Part shown: piece by piece, positions 50,430-61,974 of the stretch
Position numbering within the stretch: the stretch's first letter is position 1
Layout of the letters: every line of letters starts with the position of its first letter
Assembly (NCBI GenBank): GCA_003221515.1
Contig: QHSI01000104.1
Coordinates: 32,568 to 96,567, forward strand
DNA from: Candidatus Rokuibacteriota bacterium
Lineage (GTDB): Bacteria > Methylomirabilota > Methylomirabilia > Rokubacteriales > CSP1-6
Direction: 5' to 3'
Length of the DNA: 64,000 bases
Translations under genes and position numbers: made by a program
Notes under the pieces: generated by a model
Told to the model about the DNA's origin: nothing
The model's database searches: none
What the model saw: only the letters and a program-made list of their open reading frames with translations

Positions 50430-52178
50430 CTAGTCCGCGCGCGCGCCGAGCGTCGCCGTCGTGGCGTGTGCTTCGCCGTCCCTGAGATAGAGCACCGAGA
50501 CGACGTCGCCGGGCCGCCGGTCGCGGAGCAGCGTTCTCACGTCCTCGAGCCCGTCGATCAGCGTCCCGGCGATGCGGACGATCACGTCGCCTTCGCGCAA
50601 TCCCGCCTGCGCGGCCGCTGTTCCCGCGACCACACTGGCCAGCCGCAGACCGTCGCTGCCGCTAGGCGGCGCGGCGATGCCGAGGAACGCGCCGCCCGGT
50701 GCGGTGGCGGCGGGCGCCCGGCGCCCAGCCGGTCGAGGGACCTGGGCGTAGACGGGCCGCGCGCCGTCGCTCGCGAGCTGCTCGATCATCCGTACCGCGA
50801 CGGCGGCCAGGCGCGCCATGCCCCCTGCGTTGATCTTGTCCGCCGTGTCCGTCGGGCGATGGTAGTCGCCGTGACCGCCGGTGTAGAAGAACAGCACCGG
50901 AACCCCCGCCTCGTAGAAGCGGCCGTGATCAGACGGCCCGTGGGGATTGCCGAGGAGCTCGGCCGTCACGCCTTCGTGCTGGGCCGCGTCGCCCGCCATC
51001 GCGCGGAGGCCGCTGCCGCTGTCGCCGCCGGCGATGGTGACGCGCGTCCCTTGCATCCGCCCGACCATGTCGAAGTTGAGCATCGCGACGGTCCTCGTGA
51101 GCGGGATCGGCGGATGGCTCACGTAGTGGCGCGAGCCCAGCAGCCCGAGCTCCTCGCCGCCGAACAGCACGAAGACCAGCGTTCGCTGGGCGCCGCCCGC
51201 CGCCCCGAACGCGCGCGCCAGGCCGAGGACGACGGCGCTGCCTGATGCATTGTCGTCGGCGCCGGGGTGCACGACGCCGTCGACGCGACCGAGATGATCG
51301 TAGTGGGCGCCGATCACGATGGCCTCGCCCGCGCGCGCCGGATCGGTGCCGGGGAGGATTCCCACGACGTTCGCCGCCCGGATCTCGTCCGCGGCCATCT
51401 CGACTCGAATCTTGACGCGCGCGCCCGTCGTGAACGACGCCGGCGCCCGCGCCGCGACCAGATCCTTCACGGCCGCGGCCGTGGTTTGGCCGGCCGGCGC
51501 CAGCAGGACGTCGGCCGTCTGGCGCGTGAGCGCAGCCGACACGAGGCCTACCCGGGCCGCGGTCGCCGGGGACGTCGGCACGCCGTCGCCGGCGATCAGC
51601 AGCGCGGCCGCGCCGTGCCGCTTCGCGGCGATCAGCTTGTCGAGCCGGCTCACGCGTGTTCCGCCGAGGTGCGGCGGCGCCCCTTCCAGCGCGAGCGCGA
51701 TCTTTCCGCCGACGTCGACGGACGCGTAGTCGTCGTACCCGGCGTCCGGAAGGTCCGCGCTGTAGCCGACGAAGACGACATCGCCGCCGGCCTCGCCGGC
51801 CAGCGACCCACCGTGCGGGGCCCACTCGCGGCCGGACTCGAAGCGCCGCGACGACGGCGCGGCGAGCTCCAGGCTGCTCGATGCCGCCGGGCGCGTCGTG
51901 GTCTCGAGGACGAACGTCTGGAGATACGATCCCGCGTCGCCGCCGGGCCGAAGGCCCGCGGCCGCGAGCCAGTCGGCGATCTGACGCGCGGCGCGATCGC
52001 CGCCGGCGGTGCCCGAGCGGCGGCCCTCCATTTCCGGAGCCGCCAGCGTCTCCACGTCGGCGCCGAGCCGCGCAGCGTCGGGCGGGACGACGGCGGCGCG
52101 CGCGAAAGCGCCCACGGCGGCGACCAGCAGAGACGCGAGCAGCAGGAAGGGGACAACCAGGCGGCGAGTCACACTCAC
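50430..52178 (-). CDS. Secreted M28-family aminopeptidase with PA and C-terminal PDZ domains
   Basis: 582 aa; signal peptide; 'HYDHLG...DDNASGSAVVLGLARAF' and 'FGGEELGLLGSRHY' M28 metal-binding motifs; C-terminal 'GLREGDVIVRIAG' PDZ. Confidence 0.8.
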   Translation of the reverse strand: MSVTRRLVVPFLLLASLLVAAVGAFARAAVVPPDAARLGADVETLAAPEMEGRRSGTAGGDRAARQIADWLAAAGLRPGGDAGSYLQTFVLETTTRPAASSSLELAAPSSRRFESGREWAPHGGSLAGEAGGDVVFVGYSADLPDAGYDDYASVDVGGKIALALEGAPPHLGGTRVSRLDKLIAAKRHGAAALLIAGDGVPTSPATAARVGLVSAALTRQTADVLLAPAGQTTAAAVKDLVAARAPASFTTGARVKIRVEMAADEIRAANVVGILPGTDPARAGEAIVIGAHYDHLGRVDGVVHPGADDNASGSAVVLGLARAFGAAGGAQRTLVFVLFGGEELGLLGSRHYVSHPPIPLTRTVAMLNFDMVGRMQGTRVTIAGGDSGSGLRAMAGDAAQHEGVTAELLGNPHGPSDHGRFYEAGVPVLFFYTGGHGDYHRPTDTADKINAGGMARLAAVAVRMIEQLASDGARPVYAQVPRPAGRRAPAATAPGGAFLGIAAPPSGSDGLRLASVVAGTAAAQAGLREGDVIVRIAGTLIDGLEDVRTLLRDRRPGDVVSVLYLRDGEAHATTATLGARAD

Positions 52179-52231
52179 ATTTTACTCCAGCGGTGGTGCG
52201 GCGTACCCTCTCCAGCACGGGAGGAGTCGTA

Positions 52232-53650
52232 ATGAAAATGTACGTGGCCGGCCAGTGGATCGACAAGGACCAGAAGATCGAGGTGCGCAACTCCTACGAC
52301 AACAGCGTCATCGACACCGTGCCGCGCGCCGATCGGAGCGACATCGAGCGCGCGCTCCAGTCGGCCGAGCGTGGCGCCCGGGCGATGGCGAAGCTGACGA
52401 GCTACGAGCGCTGGAAGATCCTCCATCGCGCGGCCGAGCTGCTGGCCGCGCGCGTCGAGGAGCTCGGCACGCTGATCTCGAAGGAGGAAGGAAAGATCCT
52501 CGCCGAGGGACGCAGCGAGGCGCTGCGGGCCGTCGACACGATCATGGAGTCGGCCGAGGAGGCCAAGCGGGTCCACGGCGAGACGGTCGCGCTCGACGCG
52601 GCGTCCCACGGCAAGGGGAAGTTCGGCGTGACGATCCGCGTGCCGTGCGGCGTCGTGGTCGCCATCAGCCCCTTCAACTTTCCGCTGAACCTCGTGTGTC
52701 ACAAGGTCGGCCCCGCGATCGCGGGCGGCAACGCCGTGATCGTGAAGCCGGCGACCGACACGCCGCTGTCGGCGATCCGGCTGACCGAGATCCTGCTCGA
52801 GGCCGGTCTGCCCCCCGAGGGCATCAACACGCTCACCGGGTCGGGTGGGGACATCGGCGACGCGCTGGTGGCCGATCGCCGCGTGCGCAAGATCACCTTC
52901 ACCGGGAGTCGCGACGTCGGCGAGCACATCTGCAAGACGGCCGGCATCAAGCGCGTGACGATGGAGCTCGGCTCGAACGCGCCGGTGATCGTGATGCCCG
53001 ACGCCGACCTGGACAGGGTCGCCGCCGCGGTCGCGTCGACCGGTTACGCGAACGCGGGGCAGGTCTGCATCTCCACCCAGCGCGTGCTGACCGCGTCGCG
53101 CGTCTACGACGACTTCCTCTCCGCGCTTCGGCCCAAGGTCAGCGGGCTCAAGGTCGGCAACCAGCTCGACGCCAGCGTCCAGATCGGCCCGATGATCCGC
53201 GAGAAGGAGGCGGTCCGGGTGGACGAGTGGGTGCGCGAGGCGGTGGCGAGCGGCGCGCGGGTCGTCACCGGCGGCACGCGCCAGGGCGCCATGTACGCGC
53301 CGACCATCGTGGCGGACGTCAAGCCGGACATGCGCATCTCGTGCGACGAGCTGTTCGGTCCGGCCGTCGCCGTCTCGCCGTTCACCGACATCGACGAGGC
53401 GATCGCGCTCGCCAACGACACGAACTACGGGCTCGCCGCCGGGATCTTCACCGAGAACCTCGAGTGGGCGTGGAAATTCGCGCGCGAGGTGCAGTCGGGG
53501 AACCTGCACGTGAACTGGGGCCCGCAGTGGCGCGCCGATCGCATGCCGTACGGCGGCCTCAAGGAGTCGGGCTTCGGAAAGGAGGGGCCGGCCTACGCGA
53601 TCGAGGAGATGACCGAGCTGAAGATGGTCATCTTCCACCTCCAGTCCTGA
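52232..53650 (+). CDS. NAD(P)+-dependent aldehyde dehydrogenase
   Basis: 472 aa; 'MELGSNAP' (catalytic Glu region) and 'GQVCISTQRV' (catalytic Cys); RBS GGGAGGAG. Confidence 0.9.
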   Translation: MKMYVAGQWIDKDQKIEVRNSYDNSVIDTVPRADRSDIERALQSAERGARAMAKLTSYERWKILHRAAELLAARVEELGTLISKEEGKILAEGRSEALRAVDTIMESAEEAKRVHGETVALDAASHGKGKFGVTIRVPCGVVVAISPFNFPLNLVCHKVGPAIAGGNAVIVKPATDTPLSAIRLTEILLEAGLPPEGINTLTGSGGDIGDALVADRRVRKITFTGSRDVGEHICKTAGIKRVTMELGSNAPVIVMPDADLDRVAAAVASTGYANAGQVCISTQRVLTASRVYDDFLSALRPKVSGLKVGNQLDASVQIGPMIREKEAVRVDEWVREAVASGARVVTGGTRQGAMYAPTIVADVKPDMRISCDELFGPAVAVSPFTDIDEAIALANDTNYGLAAGIFTENLEWAWKFAREVQSGNLHVNWGPQWRADRMPYGGLKESGFGKEGPAYAIEEMTELKMVIFHLQS

Positions 53651-54116
53651 CGGGCGCGACGCGGCCGCCAGTCATCCGCACGAGGTCGTCGGGCGTGAGC
53701 TTGAAGACCGTGTTCGGGTGACCGGCCGCCGCCCAGATCTCCGGCCACTGCATCAGGTCTTCGTCGATCAGGATCGTGAGCGGCTCGGTGTGGGCGATCG
53801 GCGGGACGCCGCCGATCGCGTAGCCCGTCTTGGCGCGCACGAAGTCGGCGTCCGCGCGCGCGATGGGCTCGGCGAGGAGCCCGGCGACCTTCAGCTCGTC
53901 GACGCGATTGGCGCCGCTCGCGACGACCAGCACGGCGCGCTGGCTCTGGGCGCCGCGGAACACGAGCGACTTCGCGATCTGCTCGACGCGGCAGCCGACC
54001 GCGCGCGCCGCCTCGGCCGCCGTCCGCGCCGGCTGCTGCAGCGCGACCACGGAGTGGCCGCCGCCGACCGCGGCCAGCGCGTCCTGCACTCGCTGAACGC
54101 TGGCATTTGGGATCAT
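53628..54116 (-). CDS. YbaK/ProX-type aminoacyl-tRNA deacylase domain protein
   Basis: 163 aa from 'MIPNASVQRVQDALAA'; 'VKSLVFRGAQSQRAVLVVASGANRVDELKV'; ORF-track N-terminal extension is the 50-bp tandem duplication. Confidence 0.65.
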   Translation of the reverse strand: MIPNASVQRVQDALAAVGGGHSVVALQQPARTAAEAARAVGCRVEQIAKSLVFRGAQSQRAVLVVASGANRVDELKVAGLLAEPIARADADFVRAKTGYAIGGVPPIAHTEPLTILIDEDLMQWPEIWAAAGHPNTVFKLTPDDLVRMTGGRVAPVRTGGGR

Positions 54117-54212
54117 TGATAGACTCGCCTCGTCGGAGGCACCGTCTCGGCTCGTACGACCATCATTGATAGACTCGCCTCGTCGGAGCACCGTCTCGGC
54201 TCGTACGACCAT
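54114..54212. repeat. 2.2 x tandem ~49/50-bp direct repeat filling the redoxin-ybaK intergenic region
   Basis: CATTGATAGACTCGCCTCGTCGGAG(G)CACCGTCTCGGCTCGTACGACCAT twice, copies differ by one base; begins with the last codons/stop of the upstream gene. Confidence 0.7.
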
Positions 54213-54949
54213 CACTTGATCGCGCGCACCGCGCGGGCGACGTCGGTCGGGTCGGGTCGCACCTGGTAGTTGTCGGCCACCGTGAGCCAGCGGACGATCC
54301 CGTCGCGGTCGAGGACGATGGTCGCCGGCGCCGGCACGTCCTGGCCCTTGTCGCCACCGCGAGCGTGGAGGAGGCCGTACCGCTGCGTCACCGCGAGGTC
54401 GCGGTCGGCGAGAAAGCGGTAGCGGGCCTTCAGCCGCTCGGCGAGCCCCTGGCTCCGCTCGTTCGTATCGGGGCTGATCGCCAGGATCTGCACGCCCTCG
54501 TCACCCAGCTCTGTGAGCACCGCTCCAAGCCCTTGGAGCTCCGACACGCAGAAGGGTCACCAGTAGCCGCGGTAGAAGACCACCACGACCGGCGTGCGGC
54601 CGCGGAACGACGCGAGCGCGACGGGCGTTCCCTTGGCGTCCGGCAGCGTGAAGTCCGGCGCGGGCTGGCCGACGCGCAGTATGGGCGGACCCAGCGGGAT
54701 CCTCGCCATGACGAAATTGAAGTAGCCGCCGAGCCCCAGGAGCGTCACCGAGAGCGCGAGCGCAATCAGATTGGGCCAGCGGGGCGCTCGCACCGTGGCA
54801 ACGGCCGCGATCGCCGCCGCGAGCGCGAACGCGGCGACGTAGAGCGCCGGGTGGTTGCGAATGACGGGCACGCGCAGGAAGGAGAAGTAGCCGACGATGG
54901 CCCCGATCGAGAGCGCCACGCTGAACAGCGCCGGGCCGTACTTGCTCAT
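54212..54949 (-). CDS. Membrane-anchored thioredoxin-fold thiol:disulfide oxidoreductase/peroxiredoxin-like ('redoxin') with in-frame TGA at the first position of the W-[TGA]-P-F-C active-site motif: candidate selenoprotein (UxxC) or, alternatively, a nonsense pseudogene
   Basis: Two ORF-track pieces (54557-55075 and 54212-54547) are the same frame separated only by TGA at 54557-54559; combined 245 codons: 3 TM helices, then 'GQPAPDFTLPDAKGTPVALASFRGRTPVVVVFYRGYW*PFCVSELQGLG...'; 7-bp hairpin GCTCCAA-GGGC-TTGGAGC begins ~17 nt after TGA. Confidence 0.5.
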
Positions 54950-55644
54950 CGCCCGAGAACGATCCGGTCGAAGGTCTCCGCGAACGCGTAGCCCTTCGGC
55001 TTGCCGAGCTCGGCCGAGCGTTCGCGCACGCGCTTCTCGACCCCCTCGAAGTCCTTGAACTGGCTCGCGTGGCACGCCAGCGCCTTGATCTTCAGATCGA
55101 TGACGTCGGTGATGTCAACCACGAGGTTCGGGGTCTCCCACTGCATCAGGTAGACCTCGAGCACCTTGTGCGGCTCGTAGTCGGGCATGAGCTCCGGGAA
55201 CGACATGTGGTCGCGGGCCAGCGGATAGACGCAGTCGAGGGCGACGCCGGCGGTGACGCGATGATCGCGGTGCGAGCCGCCGAGGTTGTACGTGCGATTC
55301 GGGTTCATCGCGATCAGAAGGTCCGGACGCCACTTGCGGATCTGTCGCGTCACGTCGCGGCGCAAGTCGCGGGTGTCCTCGACCTCACAGTCGGGATAGC
55401 CGAGGAACTCGATGCGCGACACCCCGAGCGTGCGGGCGGCGTTGCGCTGCTCCTCCGCGCGAATCAGCGCCAGGCGCTCGGGCGTCATCGTACGGTCGCT
55501 CGAGCCCTTGTTGCCGTTCGTCACGATCACGTACGTGACCTCGCAGCCGTCCTTGACCAGCTTGGCGATGGTTCCACCGGCGCCGAACTCGGAATCGTCG
55601 GGGTGCGCCGTGACGACCATAGCGCGTTGGATCTTCTCGGACAC
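54946..55644 (-). CDS. LmbE/PIG-L-family N-acetylglucosaminyl deacetylase (MshB/BshB-like)
   Basis: 232 aa; 'AMVVTAHPDDSEFGAGGTIAK' and 'GGSHRDHR' zinc-binding motifs; GTG start with AGGAGG RBS. Confidence 0.8.
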   Translation of the reverse strand: MSEKIQRAMVVTAHPDDSEFGAGGTIAKLVKDGCEVTYVIVTNGNKGSSDRTMTPERLALIRAEEQRNAARTLGVSRIEFLGYPDCEVEDTRDLRRDVTRQIRKWRPDLLIAMNPNRTYNLGGSHRDHRVTAGVALDCVYPLARDHMSFPELMPDYEPHKVLEVYLMQWETPNLVVDITDVIDLKIKALACHASQFKDFEGVEKRVRERSAELGKPKGYAFAETFDRIVLGR

Positions 55645-55650
55645 TTTCGC

Positions 55651-55720
55651 CGCCTCCTGTTGTAGCGGGGTCCGTGAGGCCGGCTTGCACCGAGGGTGGC
55701 CTGAGATAGATGCGACCCGG
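55651..55720 (-). repeat. Copy D of dispersed ~65-bp repeat core (reverse orientation), immediately 5' of the LmbE-like gene
   Basis: Reverse complement reads CCGGGTCGCATCTATCTCAGGCCACCCTCGGTGCAAGCCGGCCTCACGGACCCCGCTACAACAGGAGG. Confidence 0.6.
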
Positions 55721-55924
55721 CTCCGCTCGCCCGGTCAACCCTTTGATGCGACCCGGCTCCGCTTGCCCGGTCAACCGTTCGATGCGATTCCGGCTCCGCT
55801 TGCCTGGTCAACCCTTTGGTGCGACCCGGCTCCGCTCGCCCGGTCAACCGTTCGATGCGATTCCGGCTCCGCACGCCCGCTCATCCCTTCGATGCTGGTC
55901 GAACCCGCTTAGATGCGTGGGTCC
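55711..55924 (-). repeat. Minisatellite: ~5.8 tandem copies of a 36/37-bp unit (TGCGACCCGGCTCCGCTCGCCCGGTCAACCCTTTGA) attached to repeat core D
   Basis: Units start 55711, 55747, 55783, 55820, 55856, partial 55893; same position relative to the core as the 42-bp array at copy C. Confidence 0.8.
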
Positions 55925-55958
55925 AGGATACTGATTCTGGGGGTGGGGTGGGAACGGC

Positions 55959-55964
55959 TATAAT
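55959..55964 (+). promoter_or_regulatory. TATAAT -10 box 6 nt upstream of ATG 55971 (possible leaderless transcript)
   Basis: Perfect hexamer in 70% GC DNA; no convincing -35. Confidence 0.25.
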
Positions 55965-55970
55965 CGCGCG

Positions 55971-57654
55971 ATGCCGACGGCCGCTCGGCGCCGGGCGGGA
56001 GTCGTGGCCCTGCTCGGTCTCCTCGCCGGCGCGCTCCTTCTGATGCCGGCGCCGGGCAACCCGGGAGCACTCAGGCTCGCCGGGATCAGCCTGCTCTGGT
56101 GGTACGCCGCTCTCGTCGCTCCGCTCGCCGCCGTGCTCGTGGTGGTCGCCGTCGAGCGGGGGGCCGCGGCCGAGGGCGCGGCGCCCGCCGGCTCCGCCGC
56201 GGTCAGCGTCGCGGCGTGGGCGTCACCCATCGTCCTCGCGGTCGTCGCGGCCTCCGTCTTCACCGGCGCCGTCGAAGCGCCGGCCGCGATTCTCGCGATC
56301 ACGGTGGCGCCGCTGATCGCGCTGCTCGTCCCGTCCACGCGCGAGACGATACGCGAGAATCCCGTCGCGCCCGTGGCGACGGGCCTGAGCATCGGGCTGA
56401 TCCTCTGGGCGAACCTCTCGCTGCTGGGTGACGTCGCGGGCGCACTGGGCTATCCACGGCGCACGTCGAGCCTGCTGGCCGCGGCGCTCGCCCTGGTGGC
56501 CGTCCGCTTGCGCGCCGACTTCGTCGCCGGCGGTAAGGGGCTCGTCCTGCTCTACGCCGGCGTTCTCGGCTTCGTCGTCCCGGTGGCGTTCGTCGCGCCG
56601 ACGGTGGCGGTTGCTCCTTGGAACGCGTGGCGCGACGTGGCGTCGAGGCCGGCACTCACGTTCGGCGAGCGCCATGCGTGGGTGACCGAGGGTCGGACCC
56701 TCGTGATGCCGGTCGCCCTCGACTTCACGGAGGCGCATCGCGTCACCGCGCTCGCGCCGGCGACGTTTCGAGTCTTCGAGCTCGACCGGCTCCGCGAATG
56801 GCAGCTGCGCGCGGGCGACTCGCTCTCGCTGCGCCCCGGCGACCGGCTGGTGCTGGACGCCGGGGCGCGCTTGAAGTTCGAATCGGGCAAGCGTGTCCCG
56901 GGGGCGGCGGCCTCGGGTATCACGTGGGCCGATCCGCCGGAGCGGGGAACCGCGTCGACGGCGGCGCGGGCGCTCGGGGCGGTGTTCTCGCTGGTCGGAG
57001 GCGCGCTCGCGCTGTTCCGGTCGCGCCGGGCCGCGTCCGGTGAGGGCCTGCCGACCGGCGCGGGACTCATGCTCTCGCTGGTGCTCGTGGCCGCCTGCCT
57101 CGGTATCTACGCCGCCTATGCCGCGCCAGGGCTTTCCATCGGGGTACCGCCGCTCGCCGCGGTGTTCGGCTTGCCGGCGGCGGTGGTTCCGGGCGCTGCC
57201 GGCCGGACCCTCGCCCTGGTGGGCGCCGCCGGGCTCCTCGTCCTCTTCCTCGCCACCGCGACCGCGTTGAGCGACATCCTCGACGCGACGCTCGCGGGTT
57301 CGGGCCGACGGAAGTCGGGCTTCTCCATCGGGTCGCCCCTGGTGCGAACGTTGCTCTCCGATCCACCGACCGTGATCCTGGTCCTGTCGGCCGGCGCCGC
57401 GGTCGTGTCGCCGGACGACGCTTCGCGCATCCTGTTCGCCGGGCTCGGGCTGACGGCGTCGACGATCGTGGCGCCCCGTCTCGCGGGCGACGGCCGCTGG
57501 GCGCGGCTGGTCGGCTCGCTCGTCGGCATGATCGCGTTCGCCGCGGTCGCCTTGTACGGTAGGCACCTGCCGGGGTGGGCCGGCGCGGTGTGGACCTACC
57601 CGGCGCTCGCCGCCGCCCCCTTGGCGTGGACCGCGAGCCGTATAATAGAGCGCC

Positions 57655-57665
<11 letters not shown>
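55971..57665 (+). CDS. Hypothetical polytopic integral membrane protein (Ala/Leu-rich, ~12 predicted TM segments)
   Basis: 564 aa; GC3-consistent; no family recognised; overlaps uvrA start by 11 nt. Confidence 0.55.
57641..57646 (+). promoter_or_regulatory. TATAAT -10 box 8 nt upstream of uvrA ATG, inside the 3' end of the preceding gene
   Basis: Perfect hexamer; same geometry as 55959. Confidence 0.25.
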
Positions 57666-60537
<2,872 letters not shown>

Positions 60538-60540
60538 CGC

Positions 60541-61974
60541 ATGCGCCGGACCAAGATCGTTTGCACGATCGGTCCCGCCAGCAGCAGCACCGCCGAGCTC
60601 GACCGGCTGGTCGCGGCCGGTCTGGACGTCGCGCGCCTCAACTTCTCGCACGGCACGCACGAGGAGCACGCCGAGGTCATCCGTAGAATTCGCGAGGGCG
60701 AGGCGCGGTGGGGCCGGCCGGTCGCGATCTTGCAGGATTTGCAGGGGCCCAAGATCCGGCTGGGCACGTTCGGGCCCGGCGGCGGCGCGCGCGTCGACCT
60801 CGAGCCGGACGGCGTGTTCGCGCTCAGCATGCGATCGGTCGTCGGCACCGCCGAGCGCGCGTCGATCACCCATCCCGAGTTCTTGAAGGACTTGCGGCCG
60901 GGCGATCAGCTCTGGATGGACGACGGGATGATCCAGCTTCGCGTCGAGGCCGTGCTGGCGGACGAGGTCCGCTGCCGGGTGGTCGTCGGCGGGCGCATCA
61001 GCGACCACAAGGGGCTCTCGCTGCCGCACGTGTCGCTGCCGATGTCCTGCCTGACCGACAAGGACCGCGAAGATCTGAAATTCGGCCTCCGGCAGCGCGT
61101 CGACTTCGTCGCGGTCTCGTTCGTGCGCTCGGCCGGCGACATCGAGGAAGTGCGGAGCTTCCTGCGGGCCGAGGGCGCCGACGACGTGCCGCTGGTCGCC
61201 AAGCTCGAGCGGCACGAGGTCCTCGCCAACTTGCCCGGCATCCTGAACGTCGTCGACGCGGTCATGGTCGCCCGCGGCGACCTCGGCGTGGACGTGCCGC
61301 TGGAGGACGTGCCGCACATCCAGAAGGAGATCATCCGCCAGGCGCGCGGCGCCAAGGCCGCCGTGATCGTCGCCACCCAGATGCTCGAGTCGATGGTGAC
61401 GCATCTGCGCCCGACCCGCGCCGAGGTCTCGGACGTCGCGACGGCGATCTTCGACGGCGCCGACGCGGTCATGCTGTCGGCCGAGACGGCCACCGGACGG
61501 TATCCGGCCGAGGCCGTCGCGGTCATGGCGCGGATTGCCGAGCGCGCGGACGGCGCCGTGCTGACCATCGACCGGGAGCGGCGACGGCGTCCGAGCGCGA
61601 GCTTTCCGGAGGCGATCTCGGACGCGGCGGCGACCGCGGCGCAGGCGCTCGACGCGCGCGCGATCGTGGCGTTCACCGAATCGGGCTTCTCGGCTCGCCT
61701 CATCTCCCAGGCGCGCCCGAGCGTGCCGATCATCGCGCTCACGCCGTTCGTCGAGGTCCAGCGACGGCTGGCCCTCTCGTGGGGAGTCGCCTCGCGTCTC
61801 ATCCGGAAGGTCGAGACGACCGACGAGATGATCGAGGAGGTCGAGGCGACCCTGCTCGGCGACGGCGCGGTGCGCGCCAACGACGTGATCGTCATCATCT
61901 CGGGCTCGCCGATGTGGGTCCGGGGCACGACGAATCTGCTCAAGCTCCATCGGGTGGGCGAGCGCCGCACGTGA
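60541..61974 (+). CDS. pyk: Pyruvate kinase
   Basis: 477 aa; 'MRRTKIVCTIGPAS', 'NFSHG', 'MVARGDLGVDVP' canonical. Confidence 0.9.
   Translation: MRRTKIVCTIGPASSSTAELDRLVAAGLDVARLNFSHGTHEEHAEVIRRIREGEARWGRPVAILQDLQGPKIRLGTFGPGGGARVDLEPDGVFALSMRSVVGTAERASITHPEFLKDLRPGDQLWMDDGMIQLRVEAVLADEVRCRVVVGGRISDHKGLSLPHVSLPMSCLTDKDREDLKFGLRQRVDFVAVSFVRSAGDIEEVRSFLRAEGADDVPLVAKLERHEVLANLPGILNVVDAVMVARGDLGVDVPLEDVPHIQKEIIRQARGAKAAVIVATQMLESMVTHLRPTRAEVSDVATAIFDGADAVMLSAETATGRYPAEAVAVMARIAERADGAVLTIDRERRRRPSASFPEAISDAAATAAQALDARAIVAFTESGFSARLISQARPSVPIIALTPFVEVQRRLALSWGVASRLIRKVETTDEMIEEVEATLLGDGAVRANDVIVIISGSPMWVRGTTNLLKLHRVGERRT

Noticed and set aside
54557-55075. ORF-track N-terminal extension 'MPREPVQGLRGGREARARTLGRARQAEG...' of the redoxin
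   Set aside because: It overlaps the upstream LmbE-like gene in another frame; the ATGA-coupled start at 54949 (MSKYGPALF...) is far more plausible.
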